From a virus, in the IMG/VR virus record IMGVR_UViG_3300045988_012935, positions 1-55,859 of that record: DNA of 55,859 nt; one strand, 5' to 3'. A model generated the notes under the pieces. That model was not told where the DNA came from and did not search any database. It worked only from the letters and a program-made list of their open reading frames with translations. Positions 32,935-41,510 of the stretch are shown here, piece after piece (position 1 is the stretch's first letter; every line of letters begins with the position of its first letter). The position numbers and the translations under genes are program-made.

Positions 32935-33609
32935 ATGAAACAAAGTGGATGGGGAATTGCATCTTTAGTGTGCGGAATAGCAGGCGTTTTGTTAGCGTGC
33001 GTTGTCATCGGAATATTTCCGGCAATAGTTGGAATTGTATTTGCGATTATAGCACTTGCGCAGAAAAACAGGGGGCACGGAACGGCTATAGGCGGTTTGG
33101 TATGTTCAATAGTCGGCATTATTATTTTCTTTTTAGCAATGTTTGTATTCACAAGCGATGATACGAATGATACGCCTAAAAAAATATCATCGAATGAAGA
33201 AGCACAAACTCAGGCAACGGAAGAAAAGGTTAATGAACCATTTAAAGTTGGAGATACTGTTGAGACGGAAGATTTGAGGATTACGTTTTTGAAAGCCGAG
33301 CCGTACACAGAAGAATACGACGAGCCAGCAAAAGGACATGAGTTTTACAAATTTGAGTTTGAATTTGTAAATATTTCAGATTCGGATCAATGTGTTTCTT
33401 CTTTGGATTTCAACTGTTATGCGGATGGATATGATATGGAAAGCGCATATTCAAGCAAGGATAAAGATTTGGATGCAACATTATCAGCCGGGAAGAAGAC
33501 AAAAGGTGTTGTATGCTTTGAAATCCCAAAGGATGCCAAAGATATTTCTCTTGAATATGAAACAAACTATTGGAACGAATCAAAGGTATGCTTTGAAGTT
33601 AAAAAGTAA
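32935..33609 (+). CDS. Membrane protein, DUF4190-like TM N-terminus plus DUF4352-like beta domain (moron)
   Basis: AAGGAGG RBS, ATG 32935; GWGIASLVCGIAGVLLACVVIG..., then VGDTVETEDLRITFLKAE...FEFEFVNISDSD...LSAGKKTKGVVCFEIPKDAKDISLEY. Confidence 0.55.
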   Translation: MKQSGWGIASLVCGIAGVLLACVVIGIFPAIVGIVFAIIALAQKNRGHGTAIGGLVCSIVGIIIFFLAMFVFTSDDTNDTPKKISSNEEAQTQATEEKVNEPFKVGDTVETEDLRITFLKAEPYTEEYDEPAKGHEFYKFEFEFVNISDSDQCVSSLDFNCYADGYDMESAYSSKDKDLDATLSAGKKTKGVVCFEIPKDAKDISLEYETNYWNESKVCFEVKK

Positions 33610-33618
33610 ATGATATTT

Positions 33619-33645
33619 AAGCCGTGGAAACACGGCTTATTTTAA
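33619..33645 (+). terminator. Rho-independent terminator
   Basis: AAGCCGTG-gaaa-CACGGCTT then ATTTTAATT. Confidence 0.65.
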
Positions 33646-33658
33646 TTCAAAAATCTGA

Positions 33659-33687
33659 TTGACACAAAATCAAAAATAGTCTATCCT
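33659..33687 (+). promoter_or_regulatory. Candidate promoter
   Basis: TTGACA-17 nt-TATCCT. Confidence 0.4.
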
Positions 33688-33754
33688 TATTACTAAGGAA
33701 ACAACCTTATCCGTGAAGAAGCGGATTACTTACTCGAACGCCATACTGTACGAA

Positions 33755-33797
33755 AGAGGAAACCAATGTGATTTCACAAGTGGCTTCCTCTTTTTTA
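33755..33797 (+). terminator. Strong hairpin plus U-run about 70 nt downstream of the candidate promoter (attenuator or sRNA terminator)
   Basis: AGAGGAAACCA...TGGCTTCCTCT (10 of 11 bp) with inner TGTGA/TCACA, followed by TTTTTT; 31 nt upstream of the Bro-N gene. Confidence 0.55.
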
Positions 33798-33828
33798 TTC
33801 AGATAAAAATGTATGGAGGTAGACACGA

Positions 33829-34629
33829 ATGAAAAAATCACAACTTATGCTTAAGATTCAAAACGGCATTAAGGTATTTGAGAATCCAATATTCGGACAG
33901 ATTAGAATGACCATGGTCGATGATGAACCGATGTTTTGCCTTGTTGATGTTTGCAGGGCATTGGAAATGTCAAACAGCCGTATTGTTGCTGATAGACTAG
34001 ACGAGGATGAACGACGTAAGTTAAACTTACCCCGTCAAGGAGAAACTTGGTTTGTTACTGAATCCGGCTTATATGCGGTTATCGTTCGGAGCGATAAGCC
34101 GAATGCCAGGAAGTTTCGCAAGTGGGTAACATCAGATGTTCTCCCTACAATCCGTAAAACAGGTGGGTATGTCAATAATGATGAATTATTTATTTCCACT
34201 TACCTACCATATGCAGATGAAAACACTAAGCTGATATTTTCCCAGACATTAAAAACTGTTAGGGAGCAGAACGAAACCATTAAAAGGCAGAAGAAAGAAA
34301 TCATCCATAAGGAAGATGTTATTATCGGGCTTGTTGATGATATTGACTTGGCAACCAAGAGACAGCGGATAACGCAGATTGTCCGTTTCGGTGCCGATGG
34401 AAAGTATCAAGAACGCTATTCATTGCTTTATGGAGAATTTGAAAGGAAATATCACTGCAACCTTAAATCAAGGATGGAAGGGTGCACACTCAAACCGAAA
34501 GTAAGAAACAAGATGGATTATATCGACAGGGAAATGGGAATGATTCCGCAGTTGTACGAAATCGCTTGCAAACTTTTTGAAAACGATGTAGAAAAGCTGA
34601 AATCTGAATGGGAATCAGTAGTAGCTTAA
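33829..34629 (+). CDS. Bro-N domain protein (antirepressor-like), moron in the tail module
   Basis: FENPIFGQIRMTMVDDEPMFCLVDVCRALEM...FVTESGLYAVIVRSDKPNARKFRKWVTSDVLPTIRKTGGY. Confidence 0.75.
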   Translation: MKKSQLMLKIQNGIKVFENPIFGQIRMTMVDDEPMFCLVDVCRALEMSNSRIVADRLDEDERRKLNLPRQGETWFVTESGLYAVIVRSDKPNARKFRKWVTSDVLPTIRKTGGYVNNDELFISTYLPYADENTKLIFSQTLKTVREQNETIKRQKKEIIHKEDVIIGLVDDIDLATKRQRITQIVRFGADGKYQERYSLLYGEFERKYHCNLKSRMEGCTLKPKVRNKMDYIDREMGMIPQLYEIACKLFENDVEKLKSEWESVVA

Positions 34630-34700
34630 AATTTAATTAAATGGATAGCATCTACCAAACGGTAGGTGCTATTTTTATACCCATTTTTAGGAGGTAAACG

Positions 34701-35117
34701 ATGGGATATGGCGGATATTTAGTAAAGTTTGGTAATTATACCATACCGAACAATTTAATAAAGCAGGACACGTTTAGTTCCTATGTAAATATGCAGGACA
34801 AAGACCCATGGACGGATGAAAACGGATATGAGCATCGTGATGCCGTGGAACTGAAAGCCTTAAAGGTTGAGTTTGAAACCAAAGCCATGCTGACCGAAAA
34901 GCAGTTTGATGATTTTTGGAAGAATATCGAAAAGAACTATACCAAGGCAAAGGAACGCGGTGGCTATATCACGGCATACGTGCCGGAGAAACGCGGATAT
35001 GTGACGCAGTACGGATATATCGCTGATATTCAGCCAACGTTCTATTCTGTGGCACATGGGAAGATTAAGTATGACGCAATCAAATTTTCATTTATAGGCG
35101 GTGTATATGATAAATAG
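34701..35117 (+). CDS. Distal tail protein-like (putative Dit)
   Basis: Position immediately upstream of the Tal-like gene; 138 aa, shorter than typical Dit. Confidence 0.35.
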   Translation: MGYGGYLVKFGNYTIPNNLIKQDTFSSYVNMQDKDPWTDENGYEHRDAVELKALKVEFETKAMLTEKQFDDFWKNIEKNYTKAKERGGYITAYVPEKRGYVTQYGYIADIQPTFYSVAHGKIKYDAIKFSFIGGVYDK

Positions 35118-37377
35118 CAGTTTGAAAGAAAAGTATTGGGATTCCGCGACAGATAAACAGATGGTCATATCTGTTGTTGGAACGAATCAGAAAATAGACA
35201 ATTCGATGCTTGAAATCGGTACGTTTGCGCTCGAAGAAAGTCTTTGTTCGGAATCTGAATTAAAGTTTGGAGCGTGCGAAGCGAATTGTGTAAAATTCAC
35301 AGCACGAAACACCGCAGGAAACATTATTGGAAAGACAATCTCTATCGAAGAAACGATTGACGGAGATAGCAAAAATCCGATGCCATACGGAGTTTTTAAG
35401 GTGGCATCCGATGTTCCTACGGCTGACCGTACAAAACGTCAGATTACGGCATATGACGCAATGTATGACATTATCAATACAGACGTAAAGGCTTGGTATG
35501 CAGGACTTAGCTTTCCAATGACATTAAAGAAGTTCCGGGATAGCTTCTTTACGCATCTTGGAATTGCTCAAGTTGAAATAAGCCTTGTCAATGATTCCAT
35601 GACGGTCAATAAGACGATTGTAGCCACGCAGACGGACGATTCAAGCGCGGTAACAGAAGAGTCCTCTATCAGCGGAAAAACGGTTGTAACGGCAATCTGT
35701 GAGATTAACGGATGCTTTGGTAACATCAATCGAGATGGAAAGTTTGAATATGTATTTCTGAAAGCAATTACAAGCGCACTTTATCCGCGAGAAGATTTGT
35801 TCCCGTCAGATGATCTGTTCCCAAGTGATGCAAACACGGAGTCCATGACCGGGCATTATATTACGTTTGATTATGAGGATTTCCAGTCACAGGCAATCAC
35901 ACAGCTTGAAATCAAGACAAGCAATGATAATGCCGGTGCTATTGTTGGAACTGCCGGAAACAACTATTCGATTACAGGAAACTTTCTTGTATCAGACAAG
36001 ACCGGAGCAGAGCTGGAACAGATTGCAAATAACCTATTGCCGATTATGAAACAGGCAGCATACACACCGATTAAAAGTTGCACTTGCGTCGGCAATCCAT
36101 GTCTGACACTTGGCGAACCCATCCGGTTCAATACCACAAGAGAGATTGTTGAAACGTATCTGTTGCAACGCACCCTAACCGGAGTACAAAGCAAGCGAGA
36201 TTCAATCTCGGCACAGGGCACACAGACGCACTCCGCAAAGGTTAATTCTATCAGAGATACGATTGAAAGCGTGGAAAGACGTACCGGAAAGTTAGAGAGG
36301 AACGCAGACCATCTTCAATCCACGTATGAGGATTTAGAGGACCAGACAAATACCAAGTTTGAGCAGACCGCAAATAGCATTTCCGCAGAAGTCGATCGTG
36401 CGCAAAAAGCGGAAGGGCAATTAGACGCATCATTAGAATTGAAGTTAGGCAGAGATGAGAACGACCAAGTTGTTTCTATGATTAACGCAAGTGCAGACCA
36501 AATTGTGTTGCGAGGAAACAGATTGATTGTAGAATGTAGCAATTTCGAGCTGGACGCTCTTGGACGAGCACATATAGTAGACTCTCTGCTTTTTGACAGT
36601 GGCGATGCATATGGGGTAGAGATATTAGGGCATGACGGAAGAAATAATGCGCTATTGCAGAATGTTATGTTGGACTTGTCATCTGTTACTGACGCAAATG
36701 GGGATGCCATAGGGGATCATGCGAGTACGGCAGATTATGCAACAACCGCAGGAAGCGCAACAACCGCAGAAAGCGCAGAGAGGGCGAGGGAGTGCGTAAA
36801 TGCATCAATCGCATATTATTTACAAGGCATTGGAATAAGTGATTATGTACATATTTCCGGCAACGGAAATTTAATTCCAAGCTCTAGTTCTGTGTACTGT
36901 GGAACTAACCCCAACCCATTTGCCGGAGGGTATTCTTCCGGTGGTTGGAAAACAACGTCTGACCGTAGAAAGAAAAAAGATTTCCGGAAACTGTTAGAGG
37001 ATGATCGGTTTGAGAGATTTTTCGAGTTGCTACAACCGATGAAATATCGGCTCATAGAAAATGACGATAAAATGCACATTGGATTTGTTGCACAGGATGT
37101 CGAACAGGCAATGACGGATTGTGGCATATCTGAAAATGAGTTTTACGGATTGGAACATGCGGTATTATCCGAAAAAGATTTTGAATCTAATGAGGAATGG
37201 GAAAAATTCTTAGAGCAGAATGGTGGCGCAAATGATATGTATACGCTGTGCTACCAAGAATTTATTGCTTTAAATACTGCCATGATACAGAAATTGCAGA
37301 ACAGATGCAACGATTTTGAACGCAGACTATCCGCGTTAGAAAGGAAGTGGTCAGATGGCATATCAGAAAATCTATAG
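35107..37377 (+). CDS. Tail-associated protein (Tal-like) with a C-terminal intramolecular chaperone (peptidase S74) domain
   Basis: About 757 aa; C-terminus GGWKTTSDRRKKKDF...MHIGFVAQDVEQAM...YTLCYQEFIALNTAMIQKLQ matches the self-cleaving chaperone domain of tail fibres/spikes. Confidence 0.65.
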   Translation: MINSSLKEKYWDSATDKQMVISVVGTNQKIDNSMLEIGTFALEESLCSESELKFGACEANCVKFTARNTAGNIIGKTISIEETIDGDSKNPMPYGVFKVASDVPTADRTKRQITAYDAMYDIINTDVKAWYAGLSFPMTLKKFRDSFFTHLGIAQVEISLVNDSMTVNKTIVATQTDDSSAVTEESSISGKTVVTAICEINGCFGNINRDGKFEYVFLKAITSALYPREDLFPSDDLFPSDANTESMTGHYITFDYEDFQSQAITQLEIKTSNDNAGAIVGTAGNNYSITGNFLVSDKTGAELEQIANNLLPIMKQAAYTPIKSCTCVGNPCLTLGEPIRFNTTREIVETYLLQRTLTGVQSKRDSISAQGTQTHSAKVNSIRDTIESVERRTGKLERNADHLQSTYEDLEDQTNTKFEQTANSISAEVDRAQKAEGQLDASLELKLGRDENDQVVSMINASADQIVLRGNRLIVECSNFELDALGRAHIVDSLLFDSGDAYGVEILGHDGRNNALLQNVMLDLSSVTDANGDAIGDHASTADYATTAGSATTAESAERARECVNASIAYYLQGIGISDYVHISGNGNLIPSSSSVYCGTNPNPFAGGYSSGGWKTTSDRRKKKDFRKLLEDDRFERFFELLQPMKYRLIENDDKMHIGFVAQDVEQAMTDCGISENEFYGLEHAVLSEKDFESNEEWEKFLEQNGGANDMYTLCYQEFIALNTAMIQKLQNRCNDFERRLSALERKWSDGISENL

Positions 37378-38089
37378 CCGAGAATATTGGGAAAATTTTC
37401 CAAGCGAAAAGACTTCAATTAATCAAAATAGGCTGAACAACATAGAGGGTGGAATTGATGCAATCGACGATCGTGTGTGTGCACTTGATACCACAAAAGT
37501 TGACTTGACCAAAGCTAACGAACTTGTAAAGGAAATTCTTTGGGATGAATCCAACGGTACGTTGACGGTCGTTAAGATGAACGGTTCCAAGGCTGTGATT
37601 GACACAAAATTGGAAAAACTGGCGGTCAACTTCACATACAATCCGCAGACACAACAGTTGGTAATCACGTTGGATGATGGCACAGTGCAGAACGTGGATC
37701 TATCCGCGCTAATCACGCAGTATGAGTTCTTAGATTCTGATACGATTGCATTTGAGATTACAGATGGCAAGGTTAAGGCTATCGTAAAGAACGGTTCAAT
37801 TACCGAAGATAAGTTGCAACCGAACTTTTTGGCGGATATCAAGGTGGAATCTGCCAAGGCGGTAGCATCTGCCAAAAACGCAGGAGAGTCCGAAACCAAC
37901 GCAGCAAAATCCGCCACAGATGCCAAGGACAGCGCAGACCGAGCGCAGGGAATCGAAGACGAGATTAACAAGAAACTCACAATGACAGAATTTGATGTGA
38001 ATGAGGATGGGGAGTTGATTTACACGGACAATGCGGCATACAACTTTGTCGTTGACAATGACGGAAATTTAAATTGGGAGGTGGCTTAA
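37355..38089 (+). CDS. Tail fibre protein
   Basis: N-terminus Y.REYWENFPSEKTSINQNRLNNIEGGIDAID typical of Firmicute phage fibre/upper baseplate proteins. Confidence 0.55.
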   Translation: MAYQKIYSREYWENFPSEKTSINQNRLNNIEGGIDAIDDRVCALDTTKVDLTKANELVKEILWDESNGTLTVVKMNGSKAVIDTKLEKLAVNFTYNPQTQQLVITLDDGTVQNVDLSALITQYEFLDSDTIAFEITDGKVKAIVKNGSITEDKLQPNFLADIKVESAKAVASAKNAGESETNAAKSATDAKDSADRAQGIEDEINKKLTMTEFDVNEDGELIYTDNAAYNFVVDNDGNLNWEVA

Positions 38090-38884
38090 ATGGCTATAGC
38101 AGGAAGAGTAGCAATTGTGCCAAAAGGAGATTGGAGCGCAGAGACGGAGTATAAGAGACTTGATGAGGTAACATATAATAACACAATGTTCATAGCAAAA
38201 AAAGCTGTGCCGAAGGGGACGTTACCCACAAATGCAGAATATTGGTCGAAATCGATTGTGGGCGGTGTCGGTGCAATCGCAACAACAGAGGAAGCCGGAA
38301 TTGTAAAACCGGACGGAAAAAGCATGAGCGTAGATGAGAGTGGAACGCTTAGTATTAACTTGGATGGAACCACAATTACATTAGATGAAGCGAAAAACGT
38401 CATAAAGTTGGCGGATACATTAAAGGATAAAATCGGAAGCGCACTGCAACCGGAAAGTATCGTAAACAACCAGATCACCACAGTGGAAGGCTTCGCACTT
38501 GACGCACGACAGGCAAACCCTAATCTGGATGGTACGCTTGCAAAGCAGGTAGCTGATTTAAACGGCAGTTTAAATCTATGCGTAAAACAATTTACGATTC
38601 CAGTAAATGAAAGTATTGCAATTCCATGTTTAAACTGCATTATTTTCTATAACGGAAGTAATGCAAGAACATTCAGCATTGCAACAACTATCGGATATGC
38701 CTCCGATACTATTCGTAGTAGAATATCGTATATAAATGGCGATGAATCAAATGGGTTAAAATTGTCATATTCAGAAGAAGGGACACGTGATGCTTGGTTA
38801 GGCATTTTTAAAATTGAAAACACTAATACTATCAATGTAGCAAGAATTGCTGTTATTGGAATAAAAAACTTTAGTTTAATGTAA
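38090..38884 (+). CDS. Tail fibre / receptor-binding protein (putative)
   Basis: N-terminal PKGDWSAETEYKRLDEVTYNNTMFIAKKAVPKGTLPTNAEYW motif common in fibre proteins; last structural ORF. Confidence 0.5.
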   Translation: MAIAGRVAIVPKGDWSAETEYKRLDEVTYNNTMFIAKKAVPKGTLPTNAEYWSKSIVGGVGAIATTEEAGIVKPDGKSMSVDESGTLSINLDGTTITLDEAKNVIKLADTLKDKIGSALQPESIVNNQITTVEGFALDARQANPNLDGTLAKQVADLNGSLNLCVKQFTIPVNESIAIPCLNCIIFYNGSNARTFSIATTIGYASDTIRSRISYINGDESNGLKLSYSEEGTRDAWLGIFKIENTNTINVARIAVIGIKNFSLM

Positions 38885-39021
38885 CGTCTTACTTTTTTAG
38901 AGGTGCTTGAATTTAAAACTCATGCCATGAACTTTTATTATAAAAATACATTTTACTAAAGGCATACCGAACCTTATTAAAAGGAAAATGGAGCGATTGG
39001 AAAACTCTTAATTTTTAAAAT

Positions 39022-39267
39022 TTATACTATTTTTCTTATTAATTTAACGCTTCCATTCATATATACCCAATAATTAAAGCAATAATTATCGCTACCTGCA
39101 TAGGAGTCGAAATCGTATTCTATTACAGTCGCAGTTGTTTGACTGCGATCAATTATATTAGTTGTGTAATATCCACCACTATATCGTATAGTAGCAATGA
39201 CCTTTTCTCTGATACTCAATTGTTCGACTACGGCTTTGATACTCTCTGATCTTCCCGCGTCATCCAT
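39022..39267 (-). CDS. Hypothetical 81-aa protein on the opposite strand
   Basis: ORF track; lies in an AT-rich gap between + strand genes. Confidence 0.35.
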   Translation of the reverse strand: MDDAGRSESIKAVVEQLSIREKVIATIRYSGGYYTTNIIDRSQTTATVIEYDFDSYAGSDNYCFNYWVYMNGSVKLIRKIV

Positions 39268-39374
39268 TTTGACATTAGCGTCATAGAATTTTGTTTTTAC
39301 AAAATTCTTATTTAAACTGCCGTTTAAATAAGTTTAGTAACCCGTAAATTTACACATAGAAAGGAATAAAAATC

Positions 39375-39755
39375 ATGGACAAAATTATTTTGAAAAACAA
39401 AACAGAGTTCGAGATTGCTGAAGGAGCGAGTCTCAGCAATATTCGAATTCAGTCAAAATCTTTTGACGAAATCAAGACAATTACAGATGCCTTTTCGGCG
39501 GAAAATATCTCTAAGGTCACATTTGCGCATAATAATCAGGCTTCCGGAGAGTACACGAATCTCAAATGTGAAAACTTCTCCTATGTGCCAAATGTGGGCG
39601 AGGATGGCACAGAAGATGGCACATATACCGTAACGGTCAGCTTGAGAACAAAGACGGAAATGGAAAAGGCAATTGATGAGCTTAAAGCAGGACATGAAGC
39701 AAATGCAGAAGCAATCGAAGAACTGGCAAGCATTGCCGCAGGAAGTGAGGTGTAG
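39375..39755 (+). CDS. Hypothetical protein (XkdW-position)
   Basis: ORF track; AAAGGAATAAAAATCATG. Confidence 0.5.
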   Translation: MDKIILKNKTEFEIAEGASLSNIRIQSKSFDEIKTITDAFSAENISKVTFAHNNQASGEYTNLKCENFSYVPNVGEDGTEDGTYTVTVSLRTKTEMEKAIDELKAGHEANAEAIEELASIAAGSEV

Positions 39756-39758
39756 GAT

Positions 39759-39884
39759 ATGGTTAAATTTTATGTAAGACGTATTCTTATCGACAAGAAA
39801 ATGACGATTGATGAAGTGCCTATGCGTTGGCGCGCAAAAGTGCAAGAAGAGATTGAGAAACAGCTTTCCGCTTCTCTGCAATGA
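39759..39884 (+). CDS. Small 41-aa protein (XkdX-position)
   Basis: GAGGTGTAGG upstream, ATG 39759, MVKFYVRRILIDKKMTIDEVPMRWRAKVQEEIEKQ... Confidence 0.35.
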   Translation: MVKFYVRRILIDKKMTIDEVPMRWRAKVQEEIEKQLSASLQ

Positions 39885-40018
39885 CATTTCCTGTCGAAAC
39901 TTGCGACCGAAAAATGTTGAAATCATGCATATTACAGTGATACTATGGACTTGTCCGAAAGGACGCTTCAAGTTCTGGCATGGGTGGGGTTTGGCATGGC
40001 TCCGCCCATAATTGGGGA

Positions 40019-40047
40019 TTGACTATGCCGAACACACGTTCTATAAT
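40019..40047 (+). promoter_or_regulatory. Near-consensus sigma-70 promoter
   Basis: TTGACT-17 nt-TATAAT. Confidence 0.65.
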
Positions 40048-40085
40048 ATTTGTATCGCTACATAGGGCACATGATTGGGGGTTTT

Positions 40086-40226
40086 ATGGTGGGAGAAGTA
40101 AAAACAAAAGAGACTTACAAAGAAGAAATTACAACTATGATAAAAGAAATTGAAAATTATAAGATTTTACGAATTTTGCATGAATTTGTAAAAGCTGGGT
40201 TAAAAGAAGAAAAGGCAGGGCGTTGA
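40086..40226 (+). CDS. 46-aa Lys/Glu-rich protein convergent with the repressor gene
   Basis: ATG 40086, MVGEVKTKETYKEEITTMIKEIENYKILRILHEFVKAGLKEEKAGR, driven by the promoter at 40019. Confidence 0.35.
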   Translation: MVGEVKTKETYKEEITTMIKEIENYKILRILHEFVKAGLKEEKAGR

Positions 40227-40244
40227 ACCCTGCCTTTTCTTTTA
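40212..40244. terminator. Bidirectional terminator
   Basis: AAGGCAGGG-cgttgaa-CCCTGCCTT with T-rich tracts on both strands. Confidence 0.65.
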
Positions 40245-40640
40245 GAATATAAATTTTTCGAAAAATTCACATAACAATTCTTTTTTGCTTACCGGCAATC
40301 TGCTATATTCAATAATAATTTTTTTGAAACGTTCATCATTCATTCCAATATTTAATGCAACACTTGAAAATTCTTCGTCAACAGGTTTATTAATGCGCGG
40401 GTCTATTAAATCTGTTTTTCCGATTTTGAAATAATCAGCCAATGCCTGAAGCTTTCCTGACCTTGGAAATGATTTTCCGGTACACCACATATTTAAGGTT
40501 GTTGGGTTAATACCTAAGTCTTTTGCAACATCTATTTGCTGTTTTTGATTTAATCCAATATAGTATCTTAAATTTTCAGCAAACACTTCTTTTTGGATAT
40601 CGTCTACATCCATTTCATTAAATTGATTTTCGTTATCCAT
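40242..40640 (-). CDS. CI-like repressor (XRE-family HTH)
   Basis: AAAGGAGGA RBS, ATG 40640; FAENLRYYIGLNQKQQIDVAKDLGINPTTLNMWCTGKSFPRSGKLQALADYF. Confidence 0.75.
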   Translation of the reverse strand: MDNENQFNEMDVDDIQKEVFAENLRYYIGLNQKQQIDVAKDLGINPTTLNMWCTGKSFPRSGKLQALADYFKIGKTDLIDPRINKPVDEEFSSVALNIGMNDERFKKIIIEYSRLPVSKKELLCEFFEKFIF

Positions 40641-40665
40641 TTCTTCTGTCCTCCTTTCTGATTGT

Positions 40666-40694
40666 ATTATAAACCAATAAAATAAAAAATTCAA
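40666..40694 (-). promoter_or_regulatory. Leftward promoter of the repressor gene
   Basis: On the - strand: TTGAAT-17 nt-TATAAT. Confidence 0.55.
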
Positions 40695-40724
40695 TATTAA
40701 ATCCAATAAATTTGAATTTTAGTG

Positions 40725-40753
40725 TTGACAATCCAAAATAATTGGATTATGAT
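40725..40753 (+). promoter_or_regulatory. Rightward early promoter with an operator palindrome in the spacer
   Basis: TTGACA-17 nt-TATGAT; AATCCAA-aataa-TTGGATT at 40730-40748. Confidence 0.7.
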
Positions 40754-40784
40754 TAAACCATCAAATATGAAAGGAGAAAAAAAG

Positions 40785-40988
40785 ATGCCTAGAATTTCAT
40801 TAGAAGCAGTTCGCGTAAATGCGAAAATGACACAAAAGGAATGGGCTGAAATGCTTGGTGTATCTAATGCAACCGTTGTCAATTGGGAAAAGGGCAAAAC
40901 AGAGCCTAGCTTATCACAGTTGAAAACCATGAGCAAATTATCTGGTATTCCAATGGATTTTATTTTTGTGCCAGATACATCCAATTAA
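40785..40988 (+). CDS. Cro-like XRE-family HTH protein
   Basis: GGAGAAAAAAAG RBS, ATG 40785; MTQKEWAEMLGVSNATVVNWEKGKTEPSLSQLKTMSKLSGIP. Confidence 0.75.
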   Translation: MPRISLEAVRVNAKMTQKEWAEMLGVSNATVVNWEKGKTEPSLSQLKTMSKLSGIPMDFIFVPDTSN

Positions 40989-40995
40989 ATTGGAT
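40979..40995. promoter_or_regulatory. Second operator-like palindrome ATCCAATT-A-AATTGGAT
   Basis: Perfect 8+8 palindrome overlapping the cro stop codon; same ATCCAAT core as the operator at 40730. Confidence 0.5.
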
Positions 40996-41022
40996 TATAA
41001 AAGAAAGGAAGCGAGTGAGGAC

Positions 41023-41286
41023 ATGAAAGAAATTAAATCCGTGAATGATTTGGTTGTTGTTCCGGTTTCTTATTTTAATGGAATGGAAAAGGAATTGCAG
41101 AAGATTTTAAACAAAGTGGATATTCACGATATGGATGTCATGGAACAGGTTCTTCATATGCGGAAATGGCTGAAAACCAAAACCGTATATGAAGAAACAA
41201 AGAGATTATATCCTAATCTCCGTTTGGAAAATATTCATTTGCTTTTACCGCAAGAAGATAGTGAAGAAAGGGGTGATAAAGGGTGA
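41023..41286 (+). CDS. Hypothetical early protein
   Basis: GAGTGAGGAC RBS, ATG 41023. Confidence 0.5.
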   Translation: MKEIKSVNDLVVVPVSYFNGMEKELQKILNKVDIHDMDVMEQVLHMRKWLKTKTVYEETKRLYPNLRLENIHLLLPQEDSEERGDKG

Positions 41287-41510
41287 AAGAAAAAAGATAC
41301 CGGCTTTTAGACGAAGAAGGAAAAGCTGTAATTGTAAAGAAAGACAAGGATAGATATATCGGTCTTGATGAATTAGCGCAGCACATAGCAATGAATATTG
41401 TTGATGATTACCAAAGTATTTTGGATGGCGATAAGAAAATCGAAGATACAAACATTGAATTATCCGTCAAAGTTCTTACCGCCATTTCTCCGGTCATTAA
41501 AACATATTAG
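41283..41510 (+). CDS. Hypothetical early protein (GTG start)
   Basis: ORF track; GTGA overlap. Confidence 0.45.
   Translation: MKEKRYRLLDEEGKAVIVKKDKDRYIGLDELAQHIAMNIVDDYQSILDGDKKIEDTNIELSVKVLTAISPVIKTY

Noticed and set aside
35107-38884. Diversity-generating retroelement or other hypervariation system targeting the fibre genes
   Set aside because: No reverse-transcriptase-like ORF exists anywhere in the window. I found no template/variable repeat pair near the fibre C-termini by eye.
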